Shown one piece after another: positions 1 through 11,554 of a stretch of 64,000 nucleotides of DNA. The DNA lies in assembly GCA_032718475.1 (NCBI GenBank), contig JAUCBJ010007186.1, positions 10,704-74,703 on the forward strand, read 5' to 3'. The first letter of the stretch is position 1. Each line of letters opens with the position of its first letter. The stretch is from Nemertoderma westbladi. Taxonomy: Eukaryota; Animalia; Xenacoelomorpha. Below the pieces are notes generated by a model. The model had not been told where the DNA came from, ran no database searches, and was given only the letters and a program-made list of their open reading frames with translations. The position numbers and the translations under genes are program-made.

Positions 1-990
1 TGTCCCTCATTAATGTTTGTGTCCCTCATTAATATTTGTGTTCCTCATTAATGTTTGTGTCCCTCATTAATGTTTGTGTCCCTCATTAATGTTTGTGTCC
101 CTCATTAATGTTTGTGTCCCTCATTAATGTTTGTGTATCTCATTAATGTTTGTGTCCCTCATTAATGTTGTGTCCCTCATTAATGTTTGTGTCCCTCATT
201 AATATTTGTGTTCCTCATTAATGTTTGTGTATCTCATTAATGTTTGTGTCCCTCATTAATGTTTGTGTCCCTCATTAATGTTTGTGTCCCTCATTAATGT
301 TGTGTCCCTCATTAATGTTTGTGTCCCTCATTAATGTTTGTGTCCTTGATTGATATCTGTCCCTCGTTTATTGTTTGTGTCCCTCATTAATGTTTGTGTC
401 CCTCATTAATGTTTGTGTCCCTCATTAATGTTTGTGCCCTTGATTGATATCTGTCCCTCGTTTATTGTTTGTGTCCCTCATTAATGTTTGTGTATCTCAT
501 TAATGTTTGTGTCCCTCATTAATGTTGTGTCCCTCATTAATGTTTGTGTCCCTCATTAATATTTGTGTTCCTCATTAATGTTTGTGTCCCTCATTAATGT
601 TTGTGTCCCTCATTAATGTTTGTGTCCCTCATTAATGTTTGTGTCCCTCATTAATGTTTGTGCCCTTGATTGATATCTGTCCCTCGTTTATTGTTTGTGT
701 CCCTCATTAATGTTTGTGTCCCTCATTAATATTTGTGTTCCTCATTAATGTTTGTGTCCCTCATTAATGTTTGCGTCCCTCATTAATGTTTGTGTTCCAC
801 ATTAATGTTTGTGTCCTATATCAATGTTTATGTCCCACATTATTGTTTGTGTCCTATATCAATGTTTATGTCCCACATTAATGTTTGTCACCCTGATTAA
901 TGTTTGTCCCACACTAATGTTTGTGGCGCTGATAAATATCTATCCCTCATTTAATGTTTGTGGCGCTGATAAATATCTATCCCTCATTTA
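1..990. repeat. 19-bp minisatellite (TGTCCCTCATTAATGTTTG)n
   Basis: Dozens of tandem units that degenerate after about 800. The same unit occurs at 49030-49445 (inverted) and 50050-50798. Confidence 0.97.
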
Positions 991-1116
991 ATGTTTTTGT
1001 CAAAGTTGCTATAAGTTACTCTAGGTTGCCGGACGTTTTGGACAATTTGGTCAGCAACTAGCAACTTAATTTGAGCAACATTAACTTTTAGTCTCCGTTA
1101 TATGAGGCATCTTTAA

Positions 1117-2669
1117 CCCTATTAGTACCGGGCTATAAAATGTTGTACAAATACCGGGGGGGGGTCATATTGACCCCCCCCTCTAAAATCTACAAATATT
1201 TACGAAAACGTCTGAGTTTTTGTTTGTAAGTAGGTATCACTTGTCTGGATCCGACCGAAAAAAAAAATTTTCGAAAAAATGTACTGGGATGGTTATATTG
1301 CAGCACCAAAATTACAAGTAGTGCACAATTTTCACCAAATTTGAAAGTTACATTTTCGGCTAATTATTTTTCAATACAGGTTTTCTGGGGTGCAAAATAC
1401 ATTGGAAAATATTAAAAAATGATATGATTACTATAAATGGCTGTTTAGTCCTCTCTGTGTAGGAAAAAAATGAAAAAAACAAGTAACCAGCACTTTTCAG
1501 TTAAAACACAAAATTTTTAATTCACTTATACGATGCTATAAATTCACATTTTCAGGTTTTCGAGGGCGCTGATTCTAATGGAATACATTTCTAATCTGCC
1601 AGATCATTGCTACTTGTATTTTTCGGCGTAATTTGGAAAATTTTGGTGCTAGCACCAAATTTCGTACCCATCACCAAAAAGTACAAGTTTGCGATGTCCA
1701 GTGCTGTTTTTATTGATTCCATCGGATTCAGGACCCTCATAAACCCGTATAACGCAAGAAACAAGGTGATACTATCTACTTATCAATTTGCATATTTTCC
1801 AAAATTTGGTGCTGGCACAACAATTTTCACCCACCGGCGAAAAATAGAAGTTTGAAAACTCTTATGAAATTTTTACTGATTCCATTGAATTCAGAACCAT
1901 CACAAACCCGTATAACGCAAGAAACAAGGTGACACAATCAATTGATATATTTGATGGTTTTCAAATTTTGGTGCTAGCACCACATTTTGCACCCACATCC
2001 GAAAAATACAAGTTTGAGATGTCTAGTTCGATAATTATATTTTCCATTGAATTCAGAACAGCCATAAACCTCTAAAACGCAAGAAATTAATTGTCACAAG
2101 CAATTTTATCTATTGAATGGATTTTCAAAATTTCGTGCTAGCACCAAAATTTGCACACAGCACCGAAAAATACAAGTTTGATACGCTTGGTGCAACTCGT
2201 ATATATTTCATCGAATCCAGAAACCCAAAAAACCACAATTGCGTAAAAAACAAGTTTCAAACTATCAATTTACAAAATTGACTTATTTCAAAATTTGGTG
2301 CTGGCACCAAAATTTGGCACCCACCGAAAAAAACAAGTTTGAAATTTCTAAATCAATTTATATGAATTCCATCAAATTTCTAACACCAAAAAACCGGTGT
2401 AAATCAAAAATAGAGATGTTACAATTCATATTTAATGAAATGTAATTTTCAAAAAACGTCTCAAAAAAAGTGCCAAAAGTAGGGTTAAAAAATGGTGCTA
2501 TAACTCGAAAAGTACCCAATATTTTTGAAAACGGTTTTCACTACTAGGAAGACAATAGATTTTTAGGAAAAGTCATAAAATTTCAGATTCCCAACTGCGT
2601 TTGTTTCAGAATTATAATAAAAAAACCACGGGATGGGTCATATTGACCCCCCCCCCGGGTTTAATAGGG
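1117..2669. mobile_element. piggyBac-type non-autonomous element (MITE)
   Basis: TTAA at 1113-1116 and 2670-2673; termini CCCTATTA...TAATAGGG; subterminal GGGTCATATTGACCC near-palindromes at both ends. The paralogous site near 48915-48935 is empty. Confidence 0.88.
1635..2420. repeat. About 164-bp degenerate tandem repeat (about 5 units) inside the piggyBac-type MITE
   Basis: The motif AAATTTGGTGCT(A/G)GCAC recurs near 1638, 1801, 1963, 2128 and 2291. Confidence 0.8.
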
Positions 2670-4245
2670 TTAACAGCAACAAAGTTCGCGTTTACATAGA
2701 GCAACTTGATCGGCAACCTGAAATGATTACTAAGTTGCTGATAGATACTAGTTGCAGATTAATTATTCGTCATGACGTATGCCTACTGTAAGTGAACTTT
2801 ACTTTAACGTAGCTGTAACCCTGTAGCTAACTTTGTTCTTATTGTAGAGTACCACCCATGGCTATATTTTGTACTTAGAGTTCCGCTTCTGAATCTAAAT
2901 TTTGTTCTTATAGTTCTGCATTTGGCTGCATTTTGTTCAATTTGTATTGATACATGATTCTAACTACAGTCCCGTACTTATTTAGAAGCAATTTATACCA
3001 AAATATCAAAAACTTATGGAGCCCTTTGATTTTGAATTCAAAAATTTCCAACATGTGCGCAAGTGTGTTAACTATATTGTATGTGCTTATTTGTTATTAT
3101 TGCGTTTACAGGTAATACTAACACCTGATCATGTGCTAGTTAACATGTTAGATAGCACTTATTAGCTAATAACAAATGCGCACATGTATTACGTGCGCAC
3201 TACGCACTAAATAATTAAGGACGTACGATACGCCTTTGCTATTATTTGATATATTTTGCGTGTTTTTTGTAAAAATTCGTACTTATGGTGTTTTGCCAAA
3301 TTGAGGATATATTGTTTTCTAGGCAATACCCCGCAACTATCGTATAGTTACGGGATAATACCAGAAAACGGTGTTCCCCTTTGTTTTGGCAAAACACCAT
3401 AAGTCAGAATTTTTACAAAAAAACCGCAATATATTTCAAAGGTAATTCTAAATCATATTGAAAGTTTAATTATATGAATTCTATATATATTTAGTTATCA
3501 AAAAACACAATAACAAGTAAACTGGGGCATCTCTCTAAAAAATAAACAGTTTTTATCGATTATCTCAGAACTACAAAAATCGACTTAGGGGGTTCTGCCT
3601 TGAAGGTGACGAGATGTAGGCCACATACTGACAGGCTCTATCATAAATCCGTACCGGTACCCTTGATAAAAAGTCCACATCCTCCAAAAAAATTAACAGT
3701 CATTTTTCAACCTATAGTGACCAACTTAAAACAAAAAAAATTTTGAAAAAAAAATTTTCTTTTCTCAGAGAGACATGTTTTCGAGCAAAAAGTTATATCC
3801 ACGGCATAGCCTACTATATTACAGGCAATGCCAACGTGCAGATACAATTCTGACTTGGCGGCCGAGTTGGACTTGGAACCAGACTCCGCAATCAGCCAGT
3901 AGGCCTACAGCCAGACAGCAATACCTGAATTCAGCATTGGAGCCTACACTACCTGACTACCTACAGACCTAGGTGTGTTCCGTGTCTTACTTGTATGTAA
4001 TGTACTGTACTGGTAATCCCTTTTGAGAAGTTTTAGGCTACCGGTACTTCTGTACTTGTGCCTTTGCGCCGAAAGTCTTCGACGCAGCATTACGACCGGC
4101 GTCGAAAGTGGAAGCCATCGCAAAGATGTGCAGCGCAGGCGCTAAAATTTAGAACTAATTAAAACTACCAATTAAAACTATAGGCCTAAGTACTGAAGTA
4201 TACCGGTATTCAGGTATTAGGCCTACTTGGTGCTTGGATATCGAT

Positions 4246-4521
4246 ATGCCTCGGAAGTGCTGCGTGCCAGAGTGTCGGTCAAACTATAAAAACGCCACAC
4301 CATGCAAGGTTTTCCGTATTCCAGGGGAGGAGCCCCATAGATCGTCATGGATTTCCGTATTATCAAAAGTGCGTGCTAATTTGCATGTGACTAAACAAAC
4401 CGTTGTTTGTGAACTCCACTGGCCTGAAAACTATGAAAAGCGCCGTGGTTATCGCACAATTAAAATGATTCCAGCAGATCCACCATCTGTGTGGCCAAAC
4501 ATCGCTCCAAGTTGTACGCCC
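4246..4521 (+). pseudogene. P transposase part 1: THAP zinc finger
   Basis: MPRKCCVPECRSNY...FRIP...W...VCELHW...PPSVW is a C2CH THAP motif. It is interrupted by the LINE. Confidence 0.9.
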
Positions 4522-4541
4522 ACGCCCAGCGTGGGCGTACA

Positions 4542-7080
4542 CCTAGGGTTGATGCTTCTAAAGCCACTGGATCGGATGAGATACCGGCAAAGATAATAAA
4601 GGATGGGTTATCAGTCATTATATCCCCCCTACTGCATATTATTAACCAATCTATAATAACCACTAAGTACCCTACAAGTTACAAGATTGCTCGTGTAAAG
4701 ACTGCATATAAAAGCAGTGGTTCGCGACTAGAGAGAGGAAACTTTCGCACGCTCTCATTACTTCCAATAATGTCTAAAATACTTGAAAGAGTTGCATTTA
4801 ACCAGCTACAAGACCACTATATCAATAACAAACTAATAAATAAACTTCAGTCGGGCTTTCGGGAGGGATATTCAACTGAAACGGCATTAATCTTTGTAGA
4901 TAGCGCTATTAGAAATGGTATGGACAATGGCAAACTCACTGGTATGGTCACTATAGACTTTCGAAACGGAAAGCCTTTGACTGTGTGAATCACAATATAT
5001 TGTTAGAAAAACTAAAGGCTATGGGCGCTACCGATAAAACAAAAGATTGGTTCGAATCATATCTTTCTGGTAGACAACAGTTCGTTGCTATTGGCAACAC
5101 ACGATCGGAGACTAAACCTATTAAAAATGGTGTTCCCCAGGGATCTATCTTGGGAGTTCTACTGTACGAAGGAGACACTAACGACTTCCACATGGTAATA
5201 GAGGATGACACCCTGGACCCAACCTTTGCCGATGACACAAACTTAATAAAAACCAATGATGACTCAGAATTAATTTCTAAATGTTTGAGTACAACAATGG
5301 ACAGAGTATTCGACTGGTGTGTACAAAATAAACTGACAATAAACTTTGATAAGACCTACAGCATACTCATTGGAACACACCAAAAGATAGCTTCCTCTCC
5401 TGAACTAGAAGTCTATTGTGGTGGGCAACGTATAAAAAATGCAAAATCGGTCACTTACCTTGGCTCCGTGCTAGACCAACATCTAAGTGGGACCGAGATG
5501 GCCACAAAGGTAATAAAGAAATGTAACAATAGATTGAAGTTTTTACATAGATATGGCGGATTACTAGACTACTATACAAGACGTTTGCTATGCAATACAC
5601 TGATACAACCACATATCGATTACGCCGCATCTACTTGGTTTTACAGCATAACTCAACGCCTTCGTAAGCAATTGGAAGCACTACAGAGGAAATGTGTTAG
5701 ATATTGCCTTGGTTACAGTCCTTGTGAACATATCGGAATCCAACACTTCAAATAAATAAATTGGCTCCCTCTAAATGAAAGAATAAAGGCAGTTATAGCA
5801 TCACATATGTTTAAAATTGTTAACAACATATCACCCGATTACATGTCAGACCTCGTTAACCTTCGTTGTCAAACACGCTCACTGCGTTCTACTGAGTCAT
5901 CAGCTGCGCTCCCCCATTGTACGACAGTTTGCGGCAAGAAAACGTTCACTTACTTGGGCCCAAAAATTTGGAACGAACTGCCTCAAAGCTTAACGAACGT
6001 GAAAACTTTAGAAGTGTTCAAACACAACCTCAAAGACTACTACCTACAGCAGCTGCTAAGCGAAAATGCAAATGAATACATTTATTATGATTATTAATTT
6101 ATATATAAATAATTAACATAACAAACATTGTATTTTATTGAACTTCATAATTATTTATTTTATAGGCTATATTTTATATATTACAGTGTTTTTATTATTG
6201 CATTTATTGCTATTTTTTATTGTATTTTTCAGTTACTTTTAGCATTTCATTGGCACCATTCCATTTTCATTACAATTTTGGTGCAAATAATATTGTCTGC
6301 CGCATAGAGCACAGGGACCCTTATGGAAACGAGGTGAAACCTCATAAGGCTATCCCTCCATTTTAATATAATATTGCACATTTTCTACTTGTTTTTAATT
6401 TTAAGGTTCTACTTGTTTTATTTTTGTCTACCTTGTTTTATTGATGTCTACCTTGTTTTATTTTGTCTACCTTGTTTTATTTTATATACCTTGTTTTATT
6501 GTATAAAATTATACTGAGACTCCGAGTTAATTTTACTGTACATATGTGATAAGTTTTAAACTATGTGTTCGTATTTTATTGTACCTTGTTAAATAAATTT
6601 TATTGTACCTTGTTAAATAAATTTCATTGTATGTATGTGATACTACTTTTTAAACTGTAGTTACGTACTGATACTCCGAATTAATTTTACTATACATAAT
6701 ATGTGATAAGTTTTAAACTACGTGTTCGTATTTTATTGTACCTTGTTAAATAAATTTTACTGTACGTATGTGATACTACTTTTTAAACTGTAGCTACGTA
6801 ACAGATATATTTTAAACTGTAAATTTTATTTTATTTCAAGTTTAATGTATGTATATACACGTGATTTATTGTAAACTACTGTACAGAGTTAGACCATTTA
6901 TGTTACCTAGGCAAGACAATTTTATTATATAATTTCAAACATGTATTACCATCCATTAATTTACATAATTTACATAAAACAATGTAAAATAAATTACCGG
7001 TAAATTGTGATTTATATATATTATTTCAGTATTGTGCAGTATGTATTTTTATATGGGAAAAAATTCAATCAATCAATCAA
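4542..7080 (+). mobile_element. 5'-truncated L2-group LINE (Crack/Daphne-like)
   Basis: RT motifs NFRTLSLLP, QSGFR, GVPQGSILG, FADDT, YLG; C-terminal QPHIDYA and GPKIWNELP; long AT-rich 3' UTR; (TCAA)n tail ending at 7080. Confidence 0.88.
4557..6097 (+). pseudogene. Non-LTR reverse transcriptase, frameshifted and with a stop
   Basis: ORFs 4491-4988, 4985-5755 and 5807-6097 are consecutive parts of one RT, with a frameshift near 4968 and a stop at 5753-5755. Confidence 0.88.
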
Positions 7081-7533
7081 ACCCACGCTAACAACCGTCC
7101 CCGCAACCGTAAACTCGTTGCATCTATGCGATCATTACAGCCGGACGAGTTACCCCAGTTTCTGCAGGGGGATATTGTGACTTATGGATTTATACATTTG
7201 TTCAAATGTATTCGCAATAACTGGATCCCAAAAAATTGAAAACTATCGAATTTGATGGATGTGTAGCGAAATGGTCCTATATTGAAAATCTTTGAACGAG
7301 AAAAGGCATCATCAATAAAGATTGCCCATCGATTGACACAGAAGGCAGTGTACCCAAAGCCTATTAAAAGACAGGATGTTTCTGCTATGCTCCGTGTGTT
7401 TTGTGATGAAACTATTGTTGCTCTTCGTACTCACGTTGATCCCACTGATGATGATAAAGAAACCGCAACTTTCATTGAGAAGTTTGTTCGCGCATTTAAG
7501 ATACTTAACATTCGCAGTCGCAGTGAAGACCAG
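7081..7533 (+). pseudogene. P transposase part 2 (internally deleted, frameshifted)
   Basis: Reads ...SLQPDELPQFLQGD...IHLFKCIRNNW, then AHRLTQKAVYPKPIKRQDV...RVFCDET...FKILNIRS. These are THAP9/P-like motifs. The N-terminal catalytic region appears to be missing. Confidence 0.8.
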
Positions 7534-8767
7534 TGTAAAAGCTTTTGCGTAATTAGCCGGTTATTATCCCCGTAAAGTACTCTGTGGTTGGTTTACCAGG
7601 CATAAAAAGGCCGTGTCCTTGCTGTACTGGTGTTTTGGAGGACATAAAAGCCATTTCTTCTGTATTTGTACTTTAGAGGACATAATCTGTAATTTCGTGA
7701 CGTAAAAGGCTCGATACTCTTGAAAACAGTGTCGCTACCATGACGACGGCTAACGGCTGATATTGCCACGTTGCAACTTTCTGTATCTGCCAATAGAATT
7801 TGAGTTAGCCTTGATTTTGACCTATCACAGAGCTACTGAACTGAAATTTTCCTATCTCACTGCTCTTTCTCTGTATTGAACGGGAGCTTCGTGGAATAAG
7901 GGTAGCTGGTATTCTTATAGTTATTCTTATCAGTGTTGTTGGTGATTCTAAGCCAGGAAGAACGGCTTTAGAGTATTTTGTGCTTTTCTGCTTTAGCCCT
8001 ACACTAGTAGGCTTAATTATAAGGACATATATCCGTTATCTGCATACTGCATACTGCATACACTGCATACTGTGTAACACTGTGCATACTTTTATATTGT
8101 TATACTGCTATTTACTGTCAGTTCTTCATAATATGGTTGATGAATTATTATATTTGGAATAACGACAAATAACCCCGAAAACCCAATATTCTTGATATAC
8201 CGAAGGTAAGAGAGAAGGGTTACAGATAAATGATTGCGACCTATGTTGAGTGGTTTGAAGTGAATCTAATGTTATTTGATAGACCCTACATGATTCGGTC
8301 CGTGTTCCTTTTATATGTGACTAAAATCAGTGAAGATCGGCAGATCAGTGTGCAGTATTGTGCAGCATTGTGTATGAGTGAGACTGATAACGAAGCATTT
8401 CCTAAAGAATGCGCCATATATGTGAATTGTAACTAAGCCATATCGTTGTGAGTAGTTTAAGTCATAACTCTTTTTATATAGATAGAGCGCCACGTCCTAA
8501 AGGAACTGTTAATATTTCCCGAAGGTGAATAATATTGTCAGAGATTATATAATACTGTCAGTCGAATAATACATTAGGCTTACATAGCAATACGATTAAG
8601 CTGTCGAAATCAATCTCCCGGGTATATCCAATGGGTGAATGATCGCGCACAGATTGGTTTCAACTAGTGTAGTGAATCAAATACTTGTTAGAGGCTAAAG
8701 CGATTTATTATCTAGAAGACATCCTAATTTGGCGGGTTAAACTGCCAAAGGTCTGAAAGCGCGAACA
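7534..8767 (+). repeat. 5' LTR of element A (1234 bp)
   Basis: Near-identical to 20922-22168, apart from a few substitutions and 8-bp and 5-bp indels. Confidence 0.96.
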
Positions 8768-8779
8768 ATAACGGATATA
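8768..8779 (+). promoter_or_regulatory. Non-tRNA primer-binding site, complementary to LTR 8028-8039 (putative self-priming)
   Basis: ATAACGGATATA abuts the LTR end and has no TGG. Its reverse complement TATATCCGTTAT is at 8028-8039. Confidence 0.7.
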
Positions 8780-9929
8780 GCTTCTTTATTGCAGTAAGCA
8801 ATAAAGTTGAAAGTACCGGTAAACCTGAAAGGTACATCTGTAGGTCAGTAGGCCCAACTGCCAGAACCGGTACTGCCGTAGGTCCGTAGGTCCAACTGCC
8901 AGAACCGGTACTTCAGTAGGTCGGTAGGCCTAACTGTCCTAACCGGTACTTCCCGTATAAGTACAGCAGTATTATTCGATTTGATTGTTATATACCAGTA
9001 GGTCTTAATAATTAATCGGGGACGCCTGGTTTTTATTGAGATTTTACTTATTTCTGTCAAGTTTTATTTGTTTGTAGGCCAGTATTGAACAGAAGGCGTG
9101 TAAGCCTGATCAGATTGTACAGACAATTTGTAGGCTGAGCTGTTGTCTGATTGTTGTTAAGTCTGAACGGATTGCAGTATGTGTAGATCACCTGTCCGAT
9201 AAAGAACGGTTAGGAAGTAGGGGCAGCGAATGCTGTAAGGTAAACCCCCAACTAAAGAATAAGTCGTACTACTGGGTTAGAACGCATACTACCTAATTAT
9301 TTCGGAGTCTGCATGTCCTGTAGTTTATTTAGGCTTGAGAGTAGTCTGCCATCGTTGAGTCTGTACTTTGTTTGTGTAAGTCTGTACGGGTAGCGTATAA
9401 TATTTATTTAAATAATTTGTAGGCTGGATAGTTGTCTGGCTGTTATTAGGTCTGAACGGATTGCAGCGTGTGTAGATCATCTGTCCGATAAAGAACGGTT
9501 AGGAAGTAGGGGCAGCGAATGCTGTAAGGTAAACCCCCAACTAAAGAATAAGTCGTACTACTGGGTTAGAACGCATACTACCTAATTATTTCGGAGTCTG
9601 CATATACCGTCAGTCAGGGAGATCATCAATTTTGGGGTTACCCCAAATTTCGAATTCTGGTAATAGACTGTCGAAAATTGGGGTTTTTTGTTCAAATTTG
9701 AGGTATTTTTAGGCTTATAATATCGAGTGTTGCTGCGACTTAGGGAAACTGTTGGAGCAACTTCTACTTTTAATATGTTAAAATATAATGTAAAATAAGA
9801 ACTTTTATCGATGCAATAAAATATTTCACCGATGCAAACATGCTTTTATTGGGGGCGAAAATTGAAATTTGAGGTTAAACCTCAAATTTGAGACAAAACC
9901 TCAAATTTTGCCAGTCTTTACAACATCAC

Positions 9930-11062
9930 CAGCCTGCCAGCAGTAGGGTGTAGCAGTAGGCTTTGCTGCTTAGTGCTTATAGAGCTTGGTGAGAATGGGT
10001 GACCAGTGTAACCTGTGACATGGCATGTATGCAGGGTAGGCTTAACCTTACAGCACAGCAACTTATAGTCAATAACTTCAATGATTGTTAACTCCATTAG
10101 TGATTGGTGATACAAATGCAGAAGACTAGAGAAATTCGCTATTCTTACAGCCTTACTGTTGGTAAGAAGAACAGTAGACCAAATCCTCACTGTTGCGAGA
10201 TTCAAGCTCACACAGCCTGACAGCTGCACAGTCACAGACTCAGGAAGGCCTACTATATCTTGTAGATGTTGAATCAATTCCAGAATTTGGAAGTTTACAT
10301 ATTCTGGAATTCATCTGTTCTGTTCATCATTCATATCACACATCTTCGGAAAAAAATATGTTTTCTGGTTGTTGATGTCCTCTTTAAAACTTTGTATATC
10401 AAATGAATCCATTCCTCTCCTGACAGCCTGAGGACTTATGTAATATTCGCCTGCCCTAGCTCTATCCAGCTATCTGTCACTTGGAATACTGTACCATCAT
10501 TCTTCCACAGTTTGGAGCCCATTTCTAGACAAATGTTGCCGCAAAGGTTGACGTGGTTTATACAATATATGTGGACTTGATTCTTTTGTTAGTTATTCTA
10601 TACGACTGGAGACTCTAAAGTTGGAACCACTACCTACTGCAGTAGGCCTATACATCAACTTCAATTTGATAATGTGCTTTAAACTTATATATAAAGATCT
10701 AAACCTGATCCGCCATCAGTCCATTACAACAATGTGCAACATCCTCGCAGACTATTTTAATATCCCAGCCAGACATCCAATGCAATCATGACCTGGCCAT
10801 ATATATAAAATTATGAAGCAAAGGCCATGCCCTGCCCAGCACATCTGCCCATGTCTGCATGTTCCATACATCACCACTTCTTTATCAGGGTCATTAACAT
10901 ATGGAACATGCTGGACCTGGAACACAGTAGAAACATAATCATCACTAATCGCTATTCTTTTAAACAGTCTTTAGACTCTGCTTTATTATCAAGACATCTG
11001 AAATGTTTTAGAAATCTACTGTAAGTGACTGTTTGTTTATACAGTACTATACATACATACAT
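9930..11062 (+). pseudogene. Highly decayed CR1-type LINE fragment
   Basis: Remnants resembling LEYC..WSP near 10480-10520, HHFFIRVINIWNML (CR1 C-terminus) and a short (TACA)n tail near 11050. Confidence 0.45.
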
Positions 11063-11290
11063 CCTTTTAAATTGACCTTATGAGGAACCAGAATCATTTA
11101 TAACTTGGGCAAAAAGTATAACCTTTTTCACTAACCTATTCTCGAGGCTTTATCTCATCTCTGGAGTACACCTTGCAGGCACTAAAGTTGCATTGTAATA
11201 GTGTGTAGGGATGGATTTTGCTCAAATTTCGATCAAAAATTTTGATCAACACATTCAATAAAGTTTTAGAAATTCCACCAAAAATATTTT

Positions 11291-11554
11291 GGCACTTGTG
11301 TCAATCAAATAGGTGACCCTCCTCGTCCTCATCTGCTAATCCTGAAATCACCAGCTAATCCTGAAATTTAGTGCAGGTGATATCAATATTCCTTACTCTT
11401 GTTTATTATTTTTTTTGGTTACTTTGAACTCACCTCTGTAACCTGCTCCTTTGCTAACCCTGTAACCGGGCATTAGTGAAAGTGACTTTAGTTTAGGTGA
11501 TTTCAGGATTAGCAGATTAGGAGCTAGGAGGGTCCCCTATTTGACACAAGTGCC
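11291..11554. mobile_element. MITE with about 60-bp TIRs (GG...CC ends; Merlin/MULE-like)
   Basis: GGCACTTGTGTCAA...ATCTGCTAATCCTGAAATCACC is mirrored at about 11497-11554. The flanks AATATTTT and AATGTTTT form an 8-bp TSD with 1 mismatch. Confidence 0.75.

Larger units (their letters stand above)
1..3611. mobile_element. One end of a non-autonomous TIR element with a minisatellite arm (Sola1-like); other end lies left of the window; inverted relative to the copy at 47952-51157
   Basis: About 1000-1116 plus 2670-3611 is the reverse complement of about 47952-49030. It ends in the same TIR (...AGGGGGTTCTGCCTTGAAGGTGACG at 3611), followed by AGAT. Confidence 0.75.

Noticed and set aside
7593-8493. 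Small ORFs repeated in the LTRs
   Set aside because: They recur only because the LTRs are duplicated and show no recognisable protein features.
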